64,000 bases of DNA from Lachnospiraceae bacterium (GTDB lineage Bacteria; Bacillota; Clostridia; Lachnospirales; Lachnospiraceae). The stretch spans positions 1,157-65,156 of the forward strand of contig JAAWCS010000040.1 in the NCBI GenBank assembly GCA_022793375.1, written 5' to 3'. Below the pieces are notes generated by a model that did not search any database, was not told the origin of the DNA, and saw only the letters and a program-made list of their open reading frames with translations. Shown here piece after piece: positions 9,141 to 17,187 of this stretch (positions are counted from its first letter, which is position 1; every line of letters starts with the position of its first letter). The position numbers and the translations under genes were made by a program.

Positions 9141-9175
9141 CGGAAATGACCAAAGCGGTCAACGGAGGTGGCAAT

Positions 9176-9805
9176 ATGAACGAACGGTTTTTTGCCTTGC
9201 CAGAGGAGAAACAGCGGCGCATTATCAATGCGGGCTTTTTCGTATTTGCGAACAATTCGTACCGCAAAAGTCCCATGAGCGAGATTGCCGGGGCGGCCGG
9301 GATCAGCAAGGCGTTGTTGTTTCACTATTTTAAAAACAAGCGGGAGCTGTATTTATTCCTTTGGGATCAGGGCGCGCAGATTACCATGAAGTATCTGAGG
9401 GAATACGGCTGCTATGAGCCGGTGGAACTTTTTGAGATGATGCATCGCGGGATGCGGGCCAAGCTGAAGGTGATGGAGCTTTACCCGGATATGACAGCTT
9501 TTGTGCTGAAAGCGTTTTATGAGAACGATCCGTCGGTGTGCGGGGAGATTCAGAAAAGTTATGAGCGGTATTTCGGCATTCAGGCATCGCAGGCGCTTGC
9601 ACAGGTAAAACCGGAGGAGTTCAGGCCGGGACTTAATCTGCAGATGATGTACCAGGAAATGCATTGGGCGGCGGAGGGCTATCTGTGGGAGGCCATGCAG
9701 CGGGGCGGCCTGGAGCGTGAACAGCTGGAAAAAGATTTTGAACGTTTGCTGGCCTTTTGGCGGAGTGTGTACGGCCGGGAAGGCGGGAAGGGAGAGACGC
9801 CATGA
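9176..9805 (+). CDS. TetR/AcrR family transcriptional regulator
   Basis: HTH 'SPMSEIAGAAGISKALLFHYFKNKRELY'. GGAGGTG RBS before the ATG at 9176. Its stop overlaps the next start (ATGA). Confidence 0.85.
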   Translation: MNERFFALPEEKQRRIINAGFFVFANNSYRKSPMSEIAGAAGISKALLFHYFKNKRELYLFLWDQGAQITMKYLREYGCYEPVELFEMMHRGMRAKLKVMELYPDMTAFVLKAFYENDPSVCGEIQKSYERYFGIQASQALAQVKPEEFRPGLNLQMMYQEMHWAAEGYLWEAMQRGGLEREQLEKDFERLLAFWRSVYGREGGKGETP

Positions 9806-10740
9806 AGGTGATCGAGACAAGGAAACTGACGAAAAACTATGGAAAAGCGCGGGGGATCACGGAACTGGATCTGAGCGTGGAGGAGGGGGATTTTTTCGGC
9901 TTTATCGGGCCGAACGGCGCCGGCAAGAGTACGACAATCCGTACCCTGCTGGGGCTGATTGGGGCTACCTCCGGCGAGATGCGGCTGTTTGGGCAGGAGG
10001 TAGAACAAAAGACGGCCGTCTCCAAGGAAGCAGGCAGGGCCGGACGCCGGGCGGTAAGGCAGGCGCGGGAGGAATTGCTTGCGCGGATCGGCTATCTGCC
10101 CTCGGAAGCCATGTTTTACAGCGGGATGCGGGTCGGAGAACTGCTTCGTTTTTCGGCCGGCCTGCGAAAACAGGACTGTCAGGCGGAAGCGAAGCGTCTT
10201 TGCGAGCGCCTGCAGCTGGATCCGGCGCGCCGAATCGAAGAGCTGTCCTTGGGGAACCGCAAAAAGGTGGGAATAGTCTGCGCGCTGCAGCACCGGCCGG
10301 AACTGTATATCCTGGACGAGCCGACGTCGGGCCTGGATCCTTTGATGCAGCGGGAGTTTTTTGCCTTGCTCACGGAACGCAGCCGGGAGGGGGCGACGGT
10401 GTTTCTCTCCTCGCATGTGCTTTCGGAGATCAAGCGCTACTGCAGCCGGGCGGCGATTATCCGGGAGGGCCGGCTGATTGCCTGCGACGAGGTGGCGGCA
10501 TTGTCCCGCACGGGCGCCAGGCGGGTGGCTTTTCACGGGCAGGCGGATCTTTCGGGGCTTACGGGGATTCGTGATCTGCAGCGTGTGCAGGAGAGCGTTT
10601 CGTTTTTATACGACGGTGCGATTCAGGCATTGCTGCAGGTGCTTTCCGGGGCGCGGCTTACGGATCTTACCATCGCCGAGCCGGATTTGGAGGAGGTATT
10701 CCTGCATTATTATGACGAGAAAGGGGGGAAACAGATATGA
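9802..10740 (+). CDS. ABC transporter ATP-binding protein (ABC-2 type exporter)
   Basis: Walker A 'GPNGAGKST', signature 'LSLGNRKKV', Walker B 'LYILDEPTSGLD'. An unusual ~25-aa basic insert lies after the Q-loop region. Confidence 0.85.
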   Translation: MKVIETRKLTKNYGKARGITELDLSVEEGDFFGFIGPNGAGKSTTIRTLLGLIGATSGEMRLFGQEVEQKTAVSKEAGRAGRRAVRQAREELLARIGYLPSEAMFYSGMRVGELLRFSAGLRKQDCQAEAKRLCERLQLDPARRIEELSLGNRKKVGIVCALQHRPELYILDEPTSGLDPLMQREFFALLTERSREGATVFLSSHVLSEIKRYCSRAAIIREGRLIACDEVAALSRTGARRVAFHGQADLSGLTGIRDLQRVQESVSFLYDGAIQALLQVLSGARLTDLTIAEPDLEEVFLHYYDEKGGKQI

Positions 10741-11522
10741 CGGTTTTTTGGCATGAAATACGGTTGAACCGCATGTCCTTGCTGATTTGGAGCGCGGCGG
10801 TCGGGTTTTTGATGATGGTTTGTATTTTTATGTTTCCGGAGATGCAGGGAGAGATGGAGGAAGTCGGCGCTATGTTTTCCTCGATGGGCAGCTTTACGGC
10901 GGCATTTGGCATGGACCGGCTGAACTTTGGGGAGTTTTCGGGGTTTTATGGGATTGAGTGCGGCAATATCCTCGGACTGGGCGGCGCCTTTTTTGCGGCG
11001 TTGACCGGGGCAGCGGTTTTGTCAAAAGAGGAAAAGGAACACACGGCGGATTTTTTGCTGACGCATCCGGTGGGCCGCGGGCGGATCGTGGCCGGCAAAC
11101 TGGCCGCCGTGGCCGGACAGCTGCTTTGCCTGAACGGAATCATCCTTGTGCTGGCGTTTGTTTCCATGCAGGCCATCGGAGAGGGTGCGGCCTGGAAGGA
11201 TTTGCTGCTTTTGCACCTGGCTTATTTTCTGCTGCAGCTTGAGGTCGGCGCGGTCTGCTTTGGTCTGTCGGCCTTTTTGCGCCGCGGCAGCTACGGCATT
11301 GGCCTGGGGCTGGCGGCTGTCCTGTACTTTTTAAATATCATTGCCAATTTGACGGAGAAGGCGCGTTTTCTGAAATACATCACCCCGTTTGGCTATGCGG
11401 AGAGCGCGGATATTTTAACGAACGGAAGCATCGACATGGGGATGCTGTTGCCGGGACTTTTGTATGGAGCGATCGGCGTGGCGGCGGCTTTTATCTGGTA
11501 CGCAAGAAAAGATATCCGCTGA
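10737..11522 (+). CDS. ABC-2 family transporter permease
   Basis: 261 aa with six hydrophobic segments. It is translationally coupled (ATGA) to the ATPase gene. Confidence 0.7.
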   Translation: MTVFWHEIRLNRMSLLIWSAAVGFLMMVCIFMFPEMQGEMEEVGAMFSSMGSFTAAFGMDRLNFGEFSGFYGIECGNILGLGGAFFAALTGAAVLSKEEKEHTADFLLTHPVGRGRIVAGKLAAVAGQLLCLNGIILVLAFVSMQAIGEGAAWKDLLLLHLAYFLLQLEVGAVCFGLSAFLRRGSYGIGLGLAAVLYFLNIIANLTEKARFLKYITPFGYAESADILTNGSIDMGMLLPGLLYGAIGVAAAFIWYARKDIR

Positions 11523-11542
11523 GTGAAAAAGTGTGAACCCTC

Positions 11543-11591
11543 TTGACTTTGGTACGATTTCGTACTAAGATACGTGAGTATGATTTCGTAC
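11543..11591 (+). promoter_or_regulatory. Promoter with two palindromic MarR-type operator candidates
   Basis: TTGACT (11543-11548), 17-nt spacer, TAAGAT (11566-11571). GTACG-ATTT-CGTAC (11552-11565) lies in the spacer and GTATG-ATTT-CGTAC (11578-11591) lies downstream. Confidence 0.5.
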
Positions 11592-11607
11592 CAGGGAGGT
11601 GTGAACC

Positions 11608-12039
11608 ATGAAATCTTATAGTTCCAATGAAATGAGGCGCTACAATCATCTGCTGCGGGAGATGGACGCCGTGTATCATGAGATGTCGCGCAGGCTGGGG
11701 CTGTCGGACAGTGCGATGATTGTCCTTTATACAATCTGCGAGCATGGCGACGGCTGTCCGCTGCGCGAGATCTGCCGTCTCTGCGGCCTTCCGAAGCAGA
11801 CCGTCAACTCGGCGCTTCGTCGTCTGGAGGCGGACGGCGTCGTTTGTCTGGAGGAGGCGGATGCGCGGCATAAGAATGTCCTGCTGACAGAGGAGGGGAA
11901 GCGGCTGGCCGAGCGCACGGCCGTGCGGATTCTGGAGACGGAGAACGCCATATTTGCCGCCTGGCCGCGGGAAGATGTGGAAAAGTACCTGGAGCTGACC
12001 GGACGTTTTTTGCACGATCTAAAGGAGCGGAGCCAATGA
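11608..12039 (+). CDS. MarR family transcriptional regulator
   Basis: 143 aa with a winged-helix region 'REICRLCGLPKQTVNSALRRLEADGVV'. It overlaps the MATE gene start. Confidence 0.8.
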   Translation: MKSYSSNEMRRYNHLLREMDAVYHEMSRRLGLSDSAMIVLYTICEHGDGCPLREICRLCGLPKQTVNSALRRLEADGVVCLEEADARHKNVLLTEEGKRLAERTAVRILETENAIFAAWPREDVEKYLELTGRFLHDLKERSQ

Positions 12040-13364
12040 AAATTCAATTATCCGATCACTTTACGTACAAGAAACTTCTGCGTTTTACGCTGCCGTCGAT
12101 TGTGATGATGATATTCACTTCGATTTACGGAGTGGTGGACGGCTTATTCGTATCGAACTTTGTCGGCAAGACGGCCTTTTCGGCCGTTAATTTTATTATG
12201 CCGTTTTTGATGATTCTTGGCGCGGCGGGGTTTATGTTTGGAACGGGCGGCGGCGCGCTGATCGCAAAGACGCTGGGCGAAGGGAAGCGGACAGAGGCCA
12301 ATCGGCTGTTTTCCCTGATCGTCTATGTTTCCCTGGCCTGCGGCTGTCTGCTGACAATCCTCGGCTTTATCGTCATCCGTCCGCTGGCGGCGGCGCTGGG
12401 TGCGGCGGGACAGCTGTTAGAGGACAGCGTCCTTTACGGACAGGTAAGCCTGCTGGCTGTGCCGGCATTTATTCTGCAGTATGAATTTCAGTGTCTGTTT
12501 GCCGTAGCCGAAAAACCGACGCTGGGTCTGTCGGTGACCGTGGCCGACGGGGTAACCAACATGGTACTCGATGCGATATTTGTCGGGGGTCTTGACTGGG
12601 GAATTGCCGGGGCGGCCGCCGCGACGGCGCTCAGCCAGTGTGTGGGCGGTATCCTGCCGCTTGTATATTTTGCACGGCCAAACGACAGCCTTCTGCGGCT
12701 TGGCCGCACGGCATATGAGGGCCGGCTGCTTGGAAAGGCCTGTCTAAACGGCGCTTCGGAGCTGATGAGCAATCTTTCGATGTCGCTTGTGAACATGCTT
12801 TATAATGTGCAGCTTCTGCGGTACGCGGGCGAGGACGGAATCGCGGCATACGGCGTGCTTATGTATGTGAGCCTGGTGTTTCAGGCGGTGTTTATCGGGT
12901 ATTCGGTCGGCGCGGCCCCGATCGTAAGCTTTCAGTACGGGGCGCAGAACCGGGGAGAACTGCGGGGACTGCGAAAGAAGAGCTTTTTGCTGATCGCTGT
13001 TTTTTCTGGTCTGATGTTTGCGGCCTCGTATGGGCTGGCCGGGCCGCTGTCGTTTGTCTTTGCGGGATATGACCAGGCGTTATATGGGATGACGGTGCAT
13101 GCGTTTTATCTGTTTGCGGTTTCGTTCCTTTTTTCGGGGTATGCGATTTTTGGCTCGGCTTTCTTTACGGCCCTGAACGACGGGCCGGTATCGGCGGCGA
13201 TTTCTTTTTTGCGGACACTGGTCTTTCAGGTGATCGCTATTCTGGCGCTTCCGCTTGTATGGGAGTTAGACGGGATTTGGCTGGCGACGGCGGCGGCAGA
13301 AGTGCTCGCGGCGGCGGTTACGGCCGGGTTTTTGTATGGGAAACGGAAAAAGTATCACTATTAG
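12036..13364 (+). CDS. MATE family efflux transporter
   Basis: 442 aa, 12-TM pattern. The N-terminus 'LLRFTLPSIVMMIFTSIYGVVDGLFVSNFVG' is typical of MATE proteins. Confidence 0.85.
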   Translation: MKIQLSDHFTYKKLLRFTLPSIVMMIFTSIYGVVDGLFVSNFVGKTAFSAVNFIMPFLMILGAAGFMFGTGGGALIAKTLGEGKRTEANRLFSLIVYVSLACGCLLTILGFIVIRPLAAALGAAGQLLEDSVLYGQVSLLAVPAFILQYEFQCLFAVAEKPTLGLSVTVADGVTNMVLDAIFVGGLDWGIAGAAAATALSQCVGGILPLVYFARPNDSLLRLGRTAYEGRLLGKACLNGASELMSNLSMSLVNMLYNVQLLRYAGEDGIAAYGVLMYVSLVFQAVFIGYSVGAAPIVSFQYGAQNRGELRGLRKKSFLLIAVFSGLMFAASYGLAGPLSFVFAGYDQALYGMTVHAFYLFAVSFLFSGYAIFGSAFFTALNDGPVSAAISFLRTLVFQVIAILALPLVWELDGIWLATAAAEVLAAAVTAGFLYGKRKKYHY

Positions 13365-13374
13365 GACAAAGAGA

Positions 13375-13465
13375 CTGTTGCAAAACAAAGATTCGATACA
13401 ACGTATGGCCTTGATGCCCAAACCGGCACAGCCATATTTTGTGTTTTATCGGAGTTTTGCAACAG
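13375..13465 (+). repeat. Copy 1 of a ~90-nt imperfect-hairpin repeat element (ends CTGTTGCAAAAC ... GTTTTGCAACAG)
   Basis: It has a 12-bp perfect terminal inverted repeat. It looks roughly 85% identical by eye to 35234-35320. It starts 11 nt after the MATE stop codon. Confidence 0.8.
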
Positions 13466-13520
13466 TCCCCGTTAAACTCGATTTTCTTTTTGAAACTTTT
13501 CTTTTTAATACAGCGGGTTC

Positions 13521-14156
13521 TCAGCCGTCGCAGGGGTGTCCGGAGAACGTAATCAGCTGTGCGGCATAAGGCAGCGTTTCGATCCAGTCGCAGAAGGTAT
13601 GCCATTCCTGAAGCTTATGATTGCGGCGGGCATGATAGATATGGATCAGCGTTTCATAATTGAGAGTGCAGGTGCGCAGCTGATTGTAGCTGGAGGGCAG
13701 CAGCTGGATCATATCGTACCAGTCGGCCTTGTCCTTTGTCTGCGTATACCGGAGACGAACCTGCTCCAGGTAGGCGACATAGCGCTCAAAATGTGTTTGT
13801 GCCTCCGGTGACAGATGATCGTGACTGAAATCATCGAGAACAAAAGGCTTGCTGTGGATCTTGTGCATGGTAGAACAGGAATTTGCGACCGTAGCCACCT
13901 TGTAGGTATCATATTCTTTCCACCAGTACAGCGGGGCCGCGACATCCGCCGACACAAAAACCATGCGCAAAAACTTGCGGTGATCGCTGCCGGCCCGGCA
14001 CAGCTTCATAGCGAGCGCCAGGTCTTTTTCACCCAGGACATATTGTCCGGTTTCATCATAGGAGCTGTCGCTTAAATGCCAGCTGTTCATCGGGTTGCGG
14101 GCGCCTCGTATCGCATTTTCCAGATTCATCACGTCAAACCGCTCGATTTGCAGCAT
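13521..14156 (-). CDS. ThyX-fold protein lacking the canonical ThyX signature (divergent flavin-dependent thymidylate synthase-like)
   Basis: 'DHRKFLRMVFVSADVAAPLYWWKEYDTYKVATVANSCSTMH' aligns position by position with ThyX 'HxSVLEH..F.I.G.SR...HQLVRHR..S...QSQRY', but RHR becomes DTY and SxRY becomes STMH. 'LLPSSYNQLRTCTLNYETLIHIYHARRNHKLQEW' matches the ThyX C-terminal block. AAGGAGGAG RBS before the ATG at 14156. Confidence 0.55.
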   Translation of the reverse strand: MLQIERFDVMNLENAIRGARNPMNSWHLSDSSYDETGQYVLGEKDLALAMKLCRAGSDHRKFLRMVFVSADVAAPLYWWKEYDTYKVATVANSCSTMHKIHSKPFVLDDFSHDHLSPEAQTHFERYVAYLEQVRLRYTQTKDKADWYDMIQLLPSSYNQLRTCTLNYETLIHIYHARRNHKLQEWHTFCDWIETLPYAAQLITFSGHPCDG

Positions 14157-14225
14157 GTTTCTCCTCCTTATCTTGGCAATCTTTCGCCATTTTAGCACAT
14201 TTTCAGAAACCGGACAAGGTTTCGG

Positions 14226-14254
14226 TTGAAAAAATCCGACTCTTGTGTTAGAGT
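14226..14254 (+). promoter_or_regulatory. Candidate promoter of the BMP lipoprotein gene
   Basis: TTGAAA (14226-14231), 17-nt spacer, TAGAGT (14249-14254) with TGt (extended -10). A leader hairpin tcaaaagg/ccttttga follows. Confidence 0.45.
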
Positions 14255-14321
14255 AGAGGCGTAGTCAAAAGGGGACAGCGAATGTTCCTTTTGATAGTGC
14301 AAGAAAACAAGGAGGAAAAAG

Positions 14322-15473
14322 ATGAAGAAAAGAATTTTGGCACTGGTACTGGCTGCCACAATGGTATTCTCCCTGGCTGCCTGCGGCTCCGGGGATGGCG
14401 GCAGTACGACAGCCGCTTCTGGCGAAGGAACCACGGCGGCTCCGGCCGGCGACGAGACCACGGCGGCTCCGGCCGGCGACGAGACCACGGCAGCTCCCGC
14501 CGGCGATGAAACGCCGGCCGCCCCGACCGGGGATGGGACGATCAAAGTTGGTATGGTTACCGACGTAGGCGGCATTAACGACCATTCCTTTAACCAGACT
14601 TCCTGGGAAGGCTTAAACCGCGCGGCATCGGAGCTTGGCATCGAGGTTACCTACGTGGAATCCAAGACGGATGCCGACTATATGCCCAACATTGAGAGTC
14701 TGATTGACGCGGAATGCGATCTGATCATCTGCGTGGGCTTTATGCTGTCCGAGGCGACCAAAACCGCGGCGGAGAACTACCCGGATCAGAAGTTCGCGAT
14801 CATCGATGACAGTGCGAATGCGGAACTGCCGAACGTGGCCTGCCTGATGTTTGAACAGGCGCAGGCTTCCTATCTGGTAGGGATCGTGGCCGGTATGATG
14901 ACGGAGAAGAATAACGTCGGTTTTGTAATCGGCATGAACACTGGGCCTATGAACCAGTTCGGTTACGGCTACTGCGCCGGCGTTCTGGATGCAAATCCGG
15001 AGGCGACCATTCAGCAGTATAACGCAAACAACTTCGGCGATGCCGGCGTAGGCAAGACGGCTGCCAAGGATATGGTGACCAAGGGCGCGGATGTAATCTT
15101 CCATGCGGCCGGCGGCACCGGTTCCGGCGTGATCGACGGCTGTGCGGAGGAAGGCATCTGGGCGATCGGCGTGGATACCGACCAGAACAGCCTGGCTCCC
15201 GACACGGTTGTTACCTCGGCGATGAAGCGCGTGGATAATGCGAGCTACGACATTGCCAAGGCAGTGCTGGAGGGCACGTATACGGCTGGCGTTCATACCT
15301 ATGGCTTGACGGACGGCGGCGTTGACCTGGCTCCGACTCAGACGCTGCTGCCGGCGGATGTCCTGGCGGCCGTAGAGCAGGCGAAGCAGGATATCATCGA
15401 CGGCAAGATTACCGTTCCGGATAATCAGGCCGACTTTGAAGCAAAATATGGTGAGGTGTACGAGCTCGACTAA
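14322..15473 (+). CDS. BMP family (PnrA/NupN/RnsB-like) nucleoside-binding lipoprotein of an ABC importer
   Basis: Lipobox 'LAAC'. 'KVGMVTDVGGINDHSFNQ' is the BMP family core. A Thr/Ala/Pro/Gly/Asp repeat linker follows the lipidated Cys. Confidence 0.85.
   Translation: MKKRILALVLAATMVFSLAACGSGDGGSTTAASGEGTTAAPAGDETTAAPAGDETTAAPAGDETPAAPTGDGTIKVGMVTDVGGINDHSFNQTSWEGLNRAASELGIEVTYVESKTDADYMPNIESLIDAECDLIICVGFMLSEATKTAAENYPDQKFAIIDDSANAELPNVACLMFEQAQASYLVGIVAGMMTEKNNVGFVIGMNTGPMNQFGYGYCAGVLDANPEATIQQYNANNFGDAGVGKTAAKDMVTKGADVIFHAAGGTGSGVIDGCAEEGIWAIGVDTDQNSLAPDTVVTSAMKRVDNASYDIAKAVLEGTYTAGVHTYGLTDGGVDLAPTQTLLPADVLAAVEQAKQDIIDGKITVPDNQADFEAKYGEVYELD
14430..14537 (+). repeat. In-frame 27-nt tandem repeat (3 good copies and 1 degenerate) encoding the (TTAAPAGDE)n linker
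   Basis: accacggcggctccggccggcgacgag occurs at 14430 and 14457. A variant copy is at 14484 and a degenerate one at 14511. Confidence 0.85.
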
Positions 15474-15508
15474 TAATCCGATGCTTGTACGGATGTCTCA
15501 GGAAAGAG

Positions 15509-15535
15509 GCCGCCGGAGAATTCCGGCGGCTTTTT
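15509..15535 (+). terminator. Strong rho-independent terminator between the binding-protein gene and yjjI
   Basis: gccgccgga-gaat-tccggcggc is a perfect 9-bp GC-rich stem, followed by TTTTT. Confidence 0.85.
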
Positions 15536-15557
15536 GACGGTTTTTTGAAAGTTTCGG

Positions 15558-15586
15558 TAGAAATTTTTGTGAATTTCGTGTATAAT
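15558..15586 (+). promoter_or_regulatory. Candidate promoter for yjjI-yjjW and the ABC ATPase/permease genes
   Basis: TATAAT (15581-15586) is preceded by TGt (extended -10). A weak -35 TAGAAA lies 17 nt upstream. Confidence 0.45.
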
Positions 15587-15641
15587 ATAGTCAGCTATAA
15601 CCGTTTTCCTTTAGGAAACGAAACAGGAGGAGAAATGTGAT

Positions 15642-17186
15642 ATGAGAGAAATCAGTATGGAACGAGTGGAGCAGATCCGCCAGGATATTTATGGTACGAT
15701 CACCAGCCTTACGATGACGCATGAGCAGAAGCTGACGGCGATGTGCAATCATGCCGATTCCCTGATGGAGGTGCTGGATCTCCCGGAAGGGCTAGACGAG
15801 CTTTTGAACGTACCGCTTGAGAAAAAGTGCATCTGCGACCTGAACGAGGGCCATGCGCCGATGCGTCCGCGCTATATTGTGCCGGATTACAGCAAGCTGA
15901 TGCAAGACGGCTGCGAGTTCTTGAAGCTGGATCCGCCGAAGGATCTGCAGGAGGCTTTGAATGCGCTGCTGATTTTCTACAAGCATGTACCGAGCGTGAC
16001 GAATTATCCGGTTTTTATCGGCAACCTGGATCAGCTGATCGACCCTTTCCTGGAGGGGGTGGACGATGAGACGGCGTTTAAGGCGATCCGGCTGTTCATG
16101 ATGCACATTGACCGCACGATCGTCGATTCGTTCTGCCATGCGGATATCGGCCCTAAGCCGACGCGGGCCGGGCTTTTGATTATGAAGGCCGAGGCGGAGC
16201 TGGAGGATGCGACGCCCAATCTGACGATGCGCTACGACCCGGAGATTACGGGCGATGAATTTGCCCTGGCGGGCGTGGACTGCGCGCTGCACAGCGCGAA
16301 GCCGAGCTTTGCCAATCACAAGATGTTTTCTTCGGAGCTGGGGGAGAATTATGCGATCGCCAGCTGCTACAACGGGCTTTTGATCGGCGGCGGTTCGTAT
16401 ACGCTTTGCCGTCTGATCCTGAACCATATCGCAGATCGGGCGGAGAGCATCGAGCAGTTTAAGAACGAGACGCTTCCGTATGTGCTGGATATCATGGCCC
16501 GTTATATGGATGCGCGGATCAAGTTCATGGTGGAAGAGAGCAATTTCTTTGAGTACAATTTCCTGGTGAAGGAAGGGTTTATCAGCAAGGACCGTTTTTC
16601 GGCCATGTACGGCCTGGTCGGTTTGGCGGAGTGCGTCAATACCTTGTTTGAGAAGGAGGGCAAAGAGGGGCGCTTCGGCCACAACGAGGAGGCCAACCAG
16701 CTGGGCGTGGAGATCATGGATATTATCGAGGCGTTTAACAATGCGCATGAGAATCCCTACTGCCTGGGGACGGGCAAGCGTTTCCTGCTGCATGCCCAGG
16801 TAGGACTGGCGGAGGATATCTGCACGAGTCCGGGGACGCGCATCCCGATCGGCGAGGAGCCGGAGGAGTTAATCGACCATCTGCGTGTGCTGGAGAAATT
16901 CCACAAGTATTTCCCTTCGGGCACCGGCGACATTTTCCCGATCGACATTACGGTACATAACAATCCGGAGTATGTGCTGGACATTGTGAAGGGAAGCTTT
17001 AAAGAGGGGATCCGCTATTTGTCGTTCTACCGGGGCGACAGCGATGTGATCCGTGTTACGGGCTATCTGGTGAAGCGCTCGGAGATGGAGAAGCTGGATC
17101 GGGGCGAGGCTGTTTTGCAGAACACCACGGGCCTGGGCCTGGGTTCGGCCAAACAGGGCAAGATCCTGGAGCGTAAGGTGCGTTGA
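15642..17186 (+). CDS. yjjI: YjjI-family glycyl (glycine) radical enzyme, substrate unknown
   Basis: 514 aa, the size of E. coli YjjI. The C-terminal 'DVIRVTGYLV' fits the glycyl radical fingerprint RVxG[FWY]. AGGAGGAG RBS. An activase gene follows directly. Confidence 0.75.
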   Translation: MREISMERVEQIRQDIYGTITSLTMTHEQKLTAMCNHADSLMEVLDLPEGLDELLNVPLEKKCICDLNEGHAPMRPRYIVPDYSKLMQDGCEFLKLDPPKDLQEALNALLIFYKHVPSVTNYPVFIGNLDQLIDPFLEGVDDETAFKAIRLFMMHIDRTIVDSFCHADIGPKPTRAGLLIMKAEAELEDATPNLTMRYDPEITGDEFALAGVDCALHSAKPSFANHKMFSSELGENYAIASCYNGLLIGGGSYTLCRLILNHIADRAESIEQFKNETLPYVLDIMARYMDARIKFMVEESNFFEYNFLVKEGFISKDRFSAMYGLVGLAECVNTLFEKEGKEGRFGHNEEANQLGVEIMDIIEAFNNAHENPYCLGTGKRFLLHAQVGLAEDICTSPGTRIPIGEEPEELIDHLRVLEKFHKYFPSGTGDIFPIDITVHNNPEYVLDIVKGSFKEGIRYLSFYRGDSDVIRVTGYLVKRSEMEKLDRGEAVLQNTTGLGLGSAKQGKILERKVR

Positions 17187-17187
17187 C

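Noticed and set aside
14430-14537. A possible CRISPR-like or minisatellite array (also 1561-1680).
   Set aside because: The units are contiguous with no spacers, are multiples of 3 nt, and lie in frame inside well-supported genes. No cas genes are present anywhere in the window.
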